DNA from: an uncultured Alphaproteobacteria bacterium
Lineage (GTDB): Bacteria > Pseudomonadota > Alphaproteobacteria > SHVP01
DNA length: 54,765 bases
Reading direction: 5' to 3'
Assembly (NCBI GenBank): GCA_964350495.1
Contig: CAYGKG010000006.1
Coordinates: 8,412-63,176 of the forward strand
Part shown: piece by piece, positions 23,646-31,893 of the stretch
Numbering within the stretch: position 1 is the stretch's first letter
Layout of the letters: each line of letters starts with the position of its first letter
The notes under the pieces: generated by a model
What the model saw: the letters and a program-made list of their open reading frames with translations, nothing else
What the model was told of the DNA's origin: nothing
Database searches by the model: none
Translations under genes and position numbers: made by a program

Positions 23646-25639
23646 TCGCAGAGCTGGGTCATTTTGCGATCATCTTGGCGCTCATCGTGGCGCTGGTGCA
23701 GGGCACGCTACCGCTGATCGGTGCCCAACTCCGCATTCCATCCCTTACGGCAATCGCGCGCCCCACGGCGGCGGTGCAATTTCTCCTTATCGCATTCGCC
23801 TTCGTCGCGTTGACCCACGCTTTCGTGACGTCCGATTTTTCCGTCCTCAACGTCTGGCAGAACTCCCACACCGACAAACCGCTGCTTTATAAGATCAGCG
23901 GCGTGTGGGGAAACCACGAGGGTTCGCTCCTGCTTTGGGTGTTGATTCTGGCAACGTTCGGCGCCGGCGTCGCGGTCCTCGGCAACAACCTGCCCTTCTC
24001 GCTTCGGACCCGCGTGGTCGCCGTTCAAGGTTTGATCGGCGTAGGGTTTCTGCTGCTTCTCGTGTTCACATCGAACCCGTTCGAACGGGTCTTTCCGGTG
24101 CCGTTACAAGGCAACGGGTTGAACCCGCTGCTCCAAGATCCCGGCCTCGCCTTTCACCCGCCGTTTCTTTATTTCGGCTACGTCGGGTTCTCGGTCGCGT
24201 TTTCGTTTGCTGTCGCCGCTTTGATCGAAGGCAAGGTCGATGCCGCCTGGGCGCGGTGGGTTAGGCCGTGGACCCTTGCGTCGTGGACCGCACTGACTAT
24301 CGGCATCGCGATGGGGAGCTGGTGGGCCTATTACGAACTCGGTTGGGGCGGCTGGTGGTTTTGGGATCCGGTCGAGAATGCGTCCTTCATGCCCTGGCTG
24401 CTCGGCACCGCGCTCCTCCATAGCGCCATCGTCGTGGAGAAGCGCGACACCTTGAAGTCATGGACCGTTCTGCTCGCGATCCTGACATTTTCGTTCAGCC
24501 TGCTTGGCACGTTCATCGTCCGGTCGGGCGTCCTCACCTCCGTGCATGCCTTTTCCACCGACCCGGAGCGAGGGGTCTATATTCTTGCCTTCCTCGTCCT
24601 GGCAATCGGCGGTTCGCTTGCGCTCTACGCGTGGCGCGCGCCGTCGCTAAAAGGGGGCGGGATCTTCGCGCCGGTGAGCCGCGAGGGCGCATTGGTTCTG
24701 AACAACTTGCTGCTGGTCGCAGCAACCGCCACGGTCTTGATCGGCACGATGTATCCGCTGTTCCTCGATGCGATTACCGGCGAGAAGGTCACGGTCGGGC
24801 CGCCGTTCTTCAACGCGACCTTTGTGCCGTTGATGGTACCGCTCCTCGCTGTTATGGCGATCGGCCCCATGATGCCGTGGAAAAGGGCCGACCTTGCGGG
24901 AACGCTCGGTCGTCTCAAGATCGCCGCAGCGGCGACAGTCGCAATTGCATTGATGACGCTCTATTTTTCCGGCTTCGATCCGATCTTGGCGGTTCTTGGC
25001 ATCGCGCTCGGCACGTGGTTGGTGGTTGGCGCGGCGAGCGATATCGGCGATCGGACCAAGATGTTTCGGATCCCGCTCCGCGACACCGTGCGGCGCGCCC
25101 GCAACCTTCCTCGCTCGGCATGGGGCGGCGCTATCGCCCACGCCGGCCTCGGCATCGCGATCCTCGGTATCGCGGGGTCGCTTTCTTGGGAAACCGAGCG
25201 GCTGCAGGTCATGCACCCAGGCGACCGTGCGGAGATTGCCGGCTACGACCTGGAGTTCGACGGCGTCGTCCCCGTTCGCGGGCCGAACTATGACGCGATT
25301 CGGGGGACGTTCCGCATCTACAAGGACGGTAAACTCATCGATGTGATGACGCCGGAGACGCGCCGCTTCACCGACCCGCCGATGGTGACGACGGAAGCCG
25401 CCATCCGCCCGCACAACTTCGGCGACCTCTATGCGGTAATCGGCGATTCGAACGGCGACGGTGGCTATGCCGCCCGTATCTATCACAAGCCAATGATCAA
25501 CTGGCTTTGGATCGGTGCGATTCTGATGGCGTTGGGTGGGTTGGTTTCGTTGACCGATCGTAGGTTACGCGTCGGCGCGCCGGCGCGCCGGACGGCGACC
25601 TCCACAGCGAAGCTACCGACGCCCCAGCAGGCGACCTGA
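23642..25639 (+). CDS. ccmF: Cytochrome c heme lyase CcmF
   Basis: WGNHEGS, HPP, WGGWWFWDPVEN, SVHAF. Confidence 0.97.
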   Translation: MIAELGHFAIILALIVALVQGTLPLIGAQLRIPSLTAIARPTAAVQFLLIAFAFVALTHAFVTSDFSVLNVWQNSHTDKPLLYKISGVWGNHEGSLLLWVLILATFGAGVAVLGNNLPFSLRTRVVAVQGLIGVGFLLLLVFTSNPFERVFPVPLQGNGLNPLLQDPGLAFHPPFLYFGYVGFSVAFSFAVAALIEGKVDAAWARWVRPWTLASWTALTIGIAMGSWWAYYELGWGGWWFWDPVENASFMPWLLGTALLHSAIVVEKRDTLKSWTVLLAILTFSFSLLGTFIVRSGVLTSVHAFSTDPERGVYILAFLVLAIGGSLALYAWRAPSLKGGGIFAPVSREGALVLNNLLLVAATATVLIGTMYPLFLDAITGEKVTVGPPFFNATFVPLMVPLLAVMAIGPMMPWKRADLAGTLGRLKIAAAATVAIALMTLYFSGFDPILAVLGIALGTWLVVGAASDIGDRTKMFRIPLRDTVRRARNLPRSAWGGAIAHAGLGIAILGIAGSLSWETERLQVMHPGDRAEIAGYDLEFDGVVPVRGPNYDAIRGTFRIYKDGKLIDVMTPETRRFTDPPMVTTEAAIRPHNFGDLYAVIGDSNGDGGYAARIYHKPMINWLWIGAILMALGGLVSLTDRRLRVGAPARRTATSTAKLPTPQQAT

Positions 25640-26184
25640 TGCGGCTGCGCTTTCTATTGCCCATCCTTGGGTTTGCGGTGCTCGCCGGGGCGCTTGGCGT
25701 CGGCCTCACGTTAAAACCCCGCGAAATCCCCTCGGCGCTGATCGGAAAGCCGGCGCCGGTGTTCGATCTCCCGCCCGTCCAGGGCAGGACCGCCGGACTG
25801 TCTACCGCAGACTTGAAACTGAACACGCCTGTGCTGGTTAACGTCTTCGCGTCATGGTGCGGCCCCTGCCGCGAAGAGCATCCCCTTTTCATGGAATTGG
25901 CGCGGACAACCGATTTCAAGATTTACGGCCTCAACCAACGCGACACCCCGGAGGACGCGGCCCGCTGGTTGGAGACGTTCGGCGATCCCTACGATCGCAC
26001 CGGCGCCGATATCACGGGGCGGGTTTCGATCGATTGGGGGGTCTACGGCGTTCCGGAAACTTTTGTCGTCGATGGCGCCGGTTGCATTCAATACAAACAC
26101 ATCAGCGTGATGACACGCGCGATTCTCGAAAAGGAAATCCTGCCGCGTCTGCGGGGGGAAAGGCACGTGCCGTGCGAGGGGTAG
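25639..26184 (+). CDS. ccmG: Thiol:disulfide interchange protein CcmG/DsbE
   Basis: N-terminal TM, PSALIGKP, FASWCGPCREEHP, GVYGVPETF. Confidence 0.94.
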   Translation: MRLRFLLPILGFAVLAGALGVGLTLKPREIPSALIGKPAPVFDLPPVQGRTAGLSTADLKLNTPVLVNVFASWCGPCREEHPLFMELARTTDFKIYGLNQRDTPEDAARWLETFGDPYDRTGADITGRVSIDWGVYGVPETFVVDGAGCIQYKHISVMTRAILEKEILPRLRGERHVPCEG

Positions 26185-26186
26185 GA

Positions 26187-26654
26187 ATGTACCGAGTTGC
26201 TTTGCTCGCCCTCGTCGTGGCTGTCTTGGCCGGCCCCGCCGGCGCGCAGTACATCGATCAAACGTTGTCCGATCCTGCCCTTGAACAACGCGCTCTGCGG
26301 ATCAACAAAGATATCCGGTGTCTCGTTTGTCAGAACCAGGCGATTTCGGACTCGAACGCCACGCTTGCACAACAGCTTCGGGTCATCGTGCGCGAGCGTG
26401 TCGCGGCGGGCGATACCGATACCGAGGTGAAGGCCTATCTGGTGGACCGCTACGGCGATTGGGTCTTGATGCGCCCGCCATTGAAGGCGAGCACCGCCAT
26501 TCTTTGGGCCGCACCCTTTGCAATTCTCGGCGCTGTTTTGGCCGGCGTTGCGATTTTCGTCATTCGCAGACGGAAGCGGCAAACCGCGCCGTTGGACCCG
26601 TTGAGCGCCGAAGAAGAAGCGCGCCTCGCGGCCATCCTCCATGACCGGACCTAA
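26187..26654 (+). CDS. ccmH: Cytochrome c biogenesis protein CcmH (CycL)
   Basis: Signal peptide, IRCLVCQNQAISDSNA, RYGDWVLMRPP; start at MYRVALL. Confidence 0.93.
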   Translation: MYRVALLALVVAVLAGPAGAQYIDQTLSDPALEQRALRINKDIRCLVCQNQAISDSNATLAQQLRVIVRERVAAGDTDTEVKAYLVDRYGDWVLMRPPLKASTAILWAAPFAILGAVLAGVAIFVIRRRKRQTAPLDPLSAEEEARLAAILHDRT

Positions 26655-26672
26655 AGGGCAGCGGACGTCACA

Positions 26673-28319
26673 ATGATTTGGATTGCAATCGCCCTTGTGC
26701 TGCTTGCGACTGTCGTCGCCATTGCCCTCCCGGTCCTGAGCGCCCGGGCACCGCAGAGTACCACCGCCGACCATGACCTCGCGGTCTTCGCGGACCAAAT
26801 GAGCGAACTCGACCGCGACCGGGACCGCGACCTTATCAACGCCGTGGAGTACGACGCCGCGCGCGCCGAAATCGGGAGGCGAATCCTGCTGGCCGAGCGG
26901 CGTTCCCCGGCCCGGAATACGGCCGCGAGAAGCGGGCGAAGCAATCTCGCCGTCGCGATCGGCGTCCTGCTGATCGTTCCGCTTGCCGCCACGCCGGTTT
27001 ACCTGTGGCGCGGCAACCCGAGCTTGATCGGCGCAGCGGTCGTCGCCGACAGCCGCCCCGCCGCCGCGCGCGACGCCGAAACGATGGCAGGCCTGCAGGA
27101 ATCGGTCACCCGATTGAAGGCGCGTCTTGCGACCGCACCGGAGGACTTCGACGGTTGGGTTCTGCTGGGGCGCTCTTACATGGTTACGCAAGAACCGTTG
27201 CTCGCGATCGAGGCTTACGGCAAAGCCATCGCACTGCGCCCTGACGACGGCGCGGTGCGATCATTCCTGGGCGAGGCTGTCGTCTTTTCCGCAGCAGGCT
27301 CGGTGACCGAGGCCGCCCAGTCGGCGTTTCGACGCGCCCTAGCCGTCGACCCGTCAGATCCGGCCGCGCGGTTCTATCTCGCACTCGGCGACGCGCAAGC
27401 GGGGAATTTGCGCGACGCGTTCGACGACTGGCTCGACTTAGCTGGTGATACGCCGCCGGACGCGCCGTGGCGGCCAATGCTGATGCAACAACTACAAGCC
27501 GCCGCCGAAAATCTGGGCGTCGACCTCGCCACGGCTTTACCCCAGGGGCGCGCACCGGCCCTGACCCAAGGAGGGCGCGGGCCAAGCCGCGAAGACGTCG
27601 AGGCCGCGCAGGATATGTCGCCGCAGGATCGCGACCAAATGATCCGCGGCATGGTGGCGAGCCTCGCCGCACGCCTTGAGGAAAACCCCAACGATGCAGA
27701 GGGATGGGAGCGCCTAGCTCGGTCCTACCGCGTGCTCGGAGAAACGGCAAAGGCGGCTGACGCCGAAGCACGGGCGCTCGCCGCGCGCCAGCCGACGGGC
27801 GGCCCAAGCGGCCCTACCCGCCAAGCTCCAGCCCCGGCCTCCAACGAGTCCGCACCCTCCGGGCAATCCGACGACACCCAACAGGAAATGATCGAAGGCA
27901 TGGTTGCGGGCCTCGCGGCGCGCCTTGAGGAAACACCCCAAGACCGGGAGGGATGGCTTCGTCTGACGCGATCCTATGAAGTTCTGGGGAAGACCGACCT
28001 GGCGCTGCAATCGTTCGAGAAGGCGGCAACCCATTTTCCCGAGGATGTCGAGATCTTGCAGCTTTTTGCGCGGGCGGTCGTGAATCAAGCGGCGGCCGAT
28101 GCGGCGTTGCCGACACGGGCATTTAACCTCTATCGGCGGGTCTTGGAAATCCAACGCGGCAACCCGGAGGCGCTGTATTTCGTCGGTTTGGGCGAAGCCG
28201 AACGGGATAACCAAGACGAAGCGCGCCGGCATTGGACGAATTTACTTGAGACCCTTGAGCCGGAATCCGACGCCCGCGCCATCGTCCAACAACGTCTACG
28301 TGCGCTGAGTAGCCCCTAA
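26673..28319 (+). CDS. ccmI: Cytochrome c biogenesis protein CcmI (CycH), TPR repeats
   Basis: Two N-terminal TMs around the DQMSELDRD...EIGRRIL segment, YLWRGNP, several TPR modules. Confidence 0.9.
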   Translation: MIWIAIALVLLATVVAIALPVLSARAPQSTTADHDLAVFADQMSELDRDRDRDLINAVEYDAARAEIGRRILLAERRSPARNTAARSGRSNLAVAIGVLLIVPLAATPVYLWRGNPSLIGAAVVADSRPAAARDAETMAGLQESVTRLKARLATAPEDFDGWVLLGRSYMVTQEPLLAIEAYGKAIALRPDDGAVRSFLGEAVVFSAAGSVTEAAQSAFRRALAVDPSDPAARFYLALGDAQAGNLRDAFDDWLDLAGDTPPDAPWRPMLMQQLQAAAENLGVDLATALPQGRAPALTQGGRGPSREDVEAAQDMSPQDRDQMIRGMVASLAARLEENPNDAEGWERLARSYRVLGETAKAADAEARALAARQPTGGPSGPTRQAPAPASNESAPSGQSDDTQQEMIEGMVAGLAARLEETPQDREGWLRLTRSYEVLGKTDLALQSFEKAATHFPEDVEILQLFARAVVNQAAADAALPTRAFNLYRRVLEIQRGNPEALYFVGLGEAERDNQDEARRHWTNLLETLEPESDARAIVQQRLRALSSP

Positions 28320-28439
28320 AACGAAGAGAAGGCGCACCAGGGACGATGCGCCTCCTTCGATTACGGACGTATTGGGGGATCGTTCCGTAATTTGCGGCCG
28401 AAAAATACATCGCTAGGGCCCGAGCCGCCGGCCCTAACG
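28318..28439 (-). ncRNA. Candidate sigma54-dependent small RNA (~122 nt, three stem-loops, U tail)
   Basis: Minus strand, in order: 10-bp 5' stem CGUUAGGGCC/GGCCCUAGCG; U-rich linker; stem AUUACGGA/UCCGUAAU with loop AUCCCCCAAUA; stem GAGGCGCAUC/GGUGCGCCUU with loop GUCCCU; UUUU. A -24/-12 motif predicts +1 at about 28439. Confidence 0.62.
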
Positions 28440-28449
28440 CCCTCTAACG

Positions 28450-28466
28450 AGCAATCTCCGTACCAA
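28450..28466 (-). promoter_or_regulatory. sigma54 (-24/-12) promoter, leftward
   Basis: Minus strand TTGGTACGGAGATTGCT matches TGGYACG-N4-TTGCW with GG-N10-GC spacing. Confidence 0.72.
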
Positions 28467-28491
28467 ACGGCGAAACCTCGTCGATTCACCT

Positions 28492-28504
28492 CATAGCATT
28501 GATT
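28492..28504 (-). promoter_or_regulatory. Possible IHF site
   Basis: Minus strand AATCAATGCTATG vs WATCAA-N4-TTR (1 mismatch), beside an AT-rich tract, at about -53 to -65 from the leftward sigma54 start. Confidence 0.35.
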
Positions 28505-28595
28505 TTAATGGACAATTTTTCTGTTGCCGAATCCCGCAGCCGGCCTCCCGTGCCAATACGGGGACACCCCCTGTATCAATCCGGGATTGGCACGC

Positions 28596-28610
28596 TGGCA
28601 CGACCAATGC
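28596..28610 (+). promoter_or_regulatory. sigma54 (-24/-12) promoter, rightward
   Basis: TGGCACGACCAATGC: TGGCACG-N4-ATGC with GG-N10-GC spacing; about 85 bp upstream of ORF 28697. Confidence 0.6.
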
Positions 28611-28696
28611 GCGTTGAATTCCAAGGGTACAGCCCCAATATTGACAGTGTTGAACGATTTAGCCGACACTGGCGCAGGCATTAAGGTTAACTCGCT

Positions 28697-29005
28697 ATGG
28701 TTCAAATAGGCTTCGGCGGCATCAGCGCCGCACCGGTCGGTTTTACGGGCTCCGCCTTGGGCGAGGCCGTGTCGCGCCGAGTCCAGGACCAGCAGACGGC
28801 GCGTCCGGTCCGCGAGCCAGAAGAGCCCGATGACGGCGGCGATCGCCAGCCGACAACCTTGATCGATAGCCGCGAACGGAGCGATGAAATTCGCGCGCGC
28901 AATGAGGCGGAGGACGAAGCGGTCCGCGCTGCACAGGAAGACCGTCGGCGGGAGCGTGAAGACCGTGAGCCGCAGCCGGGCGATCGGCTCGACCTACGGG
29001 TTTGA
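28697..29005 (+). CDS. Hypothetical highly charged 102-aa protein
   Basis: Fills the gap between a promoter-like motif and an intrinsic terminator; E/R/D-rich helix; ends GDRLDLRV. Confidence 0.7.
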   Translation: MVQIGFGGISAAPVGFTGSALGEAVSRRVQDQQTARPVREPEEPDDGGDRQPTTLIDSRERSDEIRARNEAEDEAVRAAQEDRRREREDREPQPGDRLDLRV

Positions 29006-29028
29006 GCGCACGTAACCATGCGCTAAGC

Positions 29029-29057
29029 AAAGGCGCCTTTCAGGCGCCTTTTTTGTT
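29029..29057 (+). terminator. Intrinsic terminator (possibly bidirectional)
   Basis: AAAGGCGCC-TTTCA-GGCGCCTTT followed by TTTGTT; lies between convergent ORF 28697 and ispZ. Confidence 0.8.
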
Positions 29058-29075
29058 ACCGCAACCTGTAGCCGC

Positions 29076-29663
29076 CTAACTGCTGGGTGGCGAATCCGGC
29101 TCCGCCGCGTGGCGCTGGAGAAGCGGGAGCAGCGACAGGCTAAAGGCGATCGTTAGCGGCATGATGCCGAACACCTTGAAATTGACCCATACGTCCGTCG
29201 ACAGGTTGCGCCAAACCAATTCGTTGAGAATCGCCAGCACCACAAAGAACCACGCCCAGCGCCAGGTCAATTTGCGCCAACCGATATCGTCCAAATTGAA
29301 GACCGTGCCGAGGACGATTTTGAGAAATGGCCGGCGCAACGCCAGACCGACGAACAGGACCGCCGCGAGCAGGAGATTGGCGATCGTTGGCTTGAGCTTG
29401 ATGAATAATTCGTCATTCAAAATCAGCGTCAGGCCGCCAAAAATCAGAACCACGGCAGCCGTGATAACCGGCAAGAGCGGGAGCCGCCGTTCGATGGCGT
29501 AGGACACGCCAAGGGTGATCGTGATGGCCGCCATGAACGCCGCCGTGGCGACGAAAATATCCCACCGCGCGTTGCTGACAAAAAAGACCGCCAACGGACC
29601 GAGGTCGAGGGCAAAGCGCGGGAGCGGGCCGAGGGTGCGCCCCTTTTCAGAATGACCGGTCAT
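29076..29663 (-). CDS. ispZ: Septation protein A (YciB/IspZ)
   Basis: DLGPLAVFF, FGGLTL, FIKLKPT, WRKLTWRW, WVNFKVFG. Confidence 0.93.
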   Translation of the reverse strand: MTGHSEKGRTLGPLPRFALDLGPLAVFFVSNARWDIFVATAAFMAAITITLGVSYAIERRLPLLPVITAAVVLIFGGLTLILNDELFIKLKPTIANLLLAAVLFVGLALRRPFLKIVLGTVFNLDDIGWRKLTWRWAWFFVVLAILNELVWRNLSTDVWVNFKVFGIMPLTIAFSLSLLPLLQRHAAEPDSPPSS

Positions 29664-29717
29664 GTAGGATCCTTGGTGAAAGCGGCTCGCACCAACTGTT
29701 TGCGGCGCGGTGTTTGG

Positions 29718-30662
29718 TCATGGGGGGCTCGGTTCGGCCGCGCCTACCAACGCCCGGGCGAATGCGCCGGCCTCGAATGGCCGAAGATCGTCGATCCCTT
29801 CGCCGACACCGATCGCATGGACGGGAAGGCCGAAGCGCTCGGCGACCGCAACGAGGACACCGCCCCGTGCGGTACCGTCGAGTTTGGTCATGATTAAGCC
29901 GCTGACGTCGCACGCTTGGCGGAACAGATCGACTTGACTGAGAACGTTTTGACCGGTCGTTGCATCAAGGACGAGGAGGACGCTGTGGGGCGCACTTGGA
30001 TCTTGCTTCTTCACAACCCGGACGATCTTTTCCAATTCGCCCATCAGGCCGGTTTTGTTTTGCAGTCGCCCGGCGGTGTCGATCAGGAGAACGTCCTTCT
30101 TACTCGCCTTCGCCGAGACCAACGCATCGAAGGCGAGCCCAGCGGGATCGGCCCCAACGTCCTTTGCGAACACCTCGACCCCCGACCGCTGACCCCACAC
30201 CTTCAGCTGATCGATCGCCGCGGCGCGGAACGTATCGCCCGCAGCGATCGCGACAGAGCGTCCCTCTGAAACCAGAAGATTCGCAAGTTTGCCGATCGTG
30301 GTTGTCTTGCCGGTACCGTTAACGCCGACGACCAAAACCACGAAGGGCGCACGCGCGGGATCCGTTTCCAACGGGACCGCCACCGGGGTCAGGATTCTTT
30401 CGATCTCGTCCGCGACCAGTTGGCGAACCTTGGTCGCGTCTTCGCTATCGAGACGACGCGCCGCGATGGCACCGACGATCCGGCGCGCCGCGTCAATTCC
30501 CATATCGGCCGAGACCAACAGGTCTTCGAGTTCTTCCAGCGTCGCTCGGTCGAGCTTCCGCCCGCTGAGAATGCCGCTGATCCCCTGGCTTAGGGTTCCG
30601 GCGGAGCGGGACAGTCCCTCCCTAAGTCGGCCGATCCAACTTCGTTTGGCCGCGTCAGCCAT
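29718..30662 (-). CDS. ftsY: SRP receptor FtsY
   Basis: GVNGTGKTT, GDTFRAAA, DTAGR, TKLDGTARGG; start at MADAAKRSW overlaps the mtaB end. Confidence 0.96.
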   Translation of the reverse strand: MADAAKRSWIGRLREGLSRSAGTLSQGISGILSGRKLDRATLEELEDLLVSADMGIDAARRIVGAIAARRLDSEDATKVRQLVADEIERILTPVAVPLETDPARAPFVVLVVGVNGTGKTTTIGKLANLLVSEGRSVAIAAGDTFRAAAIDQLKVWGQRSGVEVFAKDVGADPAGLAFDALVSAKASKKDVLLIDTAGRLQNKTGLMGELEKIVRVVKKQDPSAPHSVLLVLDATTGQNVLSQVDLFRQACDVSGLIMTKLDGTARGGVLVAVAERFGLPVHAIGVGEGIDDLRPFEAGAFARALVGAAEPSPP

Positions 30663-31893
30663 CGACCGTACCGATGAGAGTACCCTCGGCATGCCCGGTG
30701 ACATGTACCGACACCCGTTGGCCCGGGTCACCCGGAGCACCGATCGAGACCGGCAGGAAGTGGTCGGTACGGGCCGCTTTTGGCGCCTCAACGACGGCGT
30801 CGACGCGCCGGTCGACGAAGCGATCAAAGGTCGCGGAAAGCTGTCGCTGACCTACCGCGCGGAGGTCGGCAGCACGGGCGCGGCGCACCGCTTTCGGCCA
30901 ACCCGGCATCGATGCTGCCGCAGTTCCGGCACGCTCCGAATATGGAAAGACGTGGAGAAGCGCGAGGTCGGCTTCGGCTACGAGCGCGAGCGTGTTGGCA
31001 AATTGCTCTTCGGTTTCGGTTGGAAAGCCGGCAATAAAATCGGCGCCAATGACCGTATCGGGGCGCGCCGCACGGAGTGCCGCGCAGACCGCCAAGACGT
31101 CGCCCCGTCGGTGCCGGCGGGCCATCCGGCGCAGCACCATGTCGTCGCCGGACTGAACGCTAAGGTGCCAATGCGGCAGCAGCCTGGCGTCCCGCGCATA
31201 AAAATCGATCAACGCATCGCTCACCTCAACCGGGTCGATCGACGTGATCCGCACCCGCATGTCGTCCGGCAACGACTGCAACAACGCGCCGACCAGCGTC
31301 GCGATGTCGAGCGCAGGCGTGAGGTCCTTGCCATAGTCGCCAATATCGACGCCGGTCAGGACGATTTCCCGATATCCGTTTTCGTATAGACGCGTCGATT
31401 GCGCGACGACATCGGATACCGCAACGCTGCGCGAGGGGCCGCGGCCGAAGGGAATGATGCAAAACGTACAGCGATGATCGCAGCCGTTTTGGATCTGTAG
31501 GAACGCCCGAGAGCGGCCCTCGAAACCTTCAATAAGGTGGCCCGCGGTTTCGCTGACCGCCATGATATCGCCGACCAGCGGCGCACCGCTGAGGTCGGCA
31601 AACGCCTTAGGGGACAACTTTTCTTGGTTGCCGATGACTGCATCGACTTCGTCCATCGCGGCATAGCGTTCGGGGTCGATCTGGGCCGAACACCCGGTGA
31701 CCACGAGCTTTGCGTCGGGCCGCTCGCGGCGGATTTTGCGAATGGTTTGACGGGCTTGCCGCTCGGCCTCCGCGGTGACCGCGCAGGTATTGACGATGAC
31801 CGCATCGGCCAGCCCGGCTGCCGTCGCGCTGCGGCGAATGACCTCGGATTCGTAGGCGTTGAGCCGGCAGCCGAAGGTAATGACGTCGATCAT
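30655..31893 (-). CDS. mtaB: tRNA t6A37 methylthiotransferase MtaB
   Basis: TFGCRLNAYES, NTCAVT, radical SAM motif CDHRCTFC, HVFPYS.R.GT. Confidence 0.93.
   Translation of the reverse strand: MIDVITFGCRLNAYESEVIRRSATAAGLADAVIVNTCAVTAEAERQARQTIRKIRRERPDAKLVVTGCSAQIDPERYAAMDEVDAVIGNQEKLSPKAFADLSGAPLVGDIMAVSETAGHLIEGFEGRSRAFLQIQNGCDHRCTFCIIPFGRGPSRSVAVSDVVAQSTRLYENGYREIVLTGVDIGDYGKDLTPALDIATLVGALLQSLPDDMRVRITSIDPVEVSDALIDFYARDARLLPHWHLSVQSGDDMVLRRMARRHRRGDVLAVCAALRAARPDTVIGADFIAGFPTETEEQFANTLALVAEADLALLHVFPYSERAGTAAASMPGWPKAVRRARAADLRAVGQRQLSATFDRFVDRRVDAVVEAPKAARTDHFLPVSIGAPGDPGQRVSVHVTGHAEGTLIGTVDG

Noticed and set aside
28123-28410. 95-aa minus-strand ORF starting inside the candidate sRNA
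   Set aside because: No SD; it would run through the terminator-like stem and antisense into ccmI.
28681-29026. CtrA-like sites (TTAAGGTTAAC at 28681; GTAA-N7-CTAA at 29012)
   Set aside because: The first has the wrong spacing. The second has two mismatches and lies downstream of the gene.
29718-30662. FtsY lacking the acidic A domain; S16 with a long Ala/Glu tail
   Set aside because: Both are common variants in Alphaproteobacteria.
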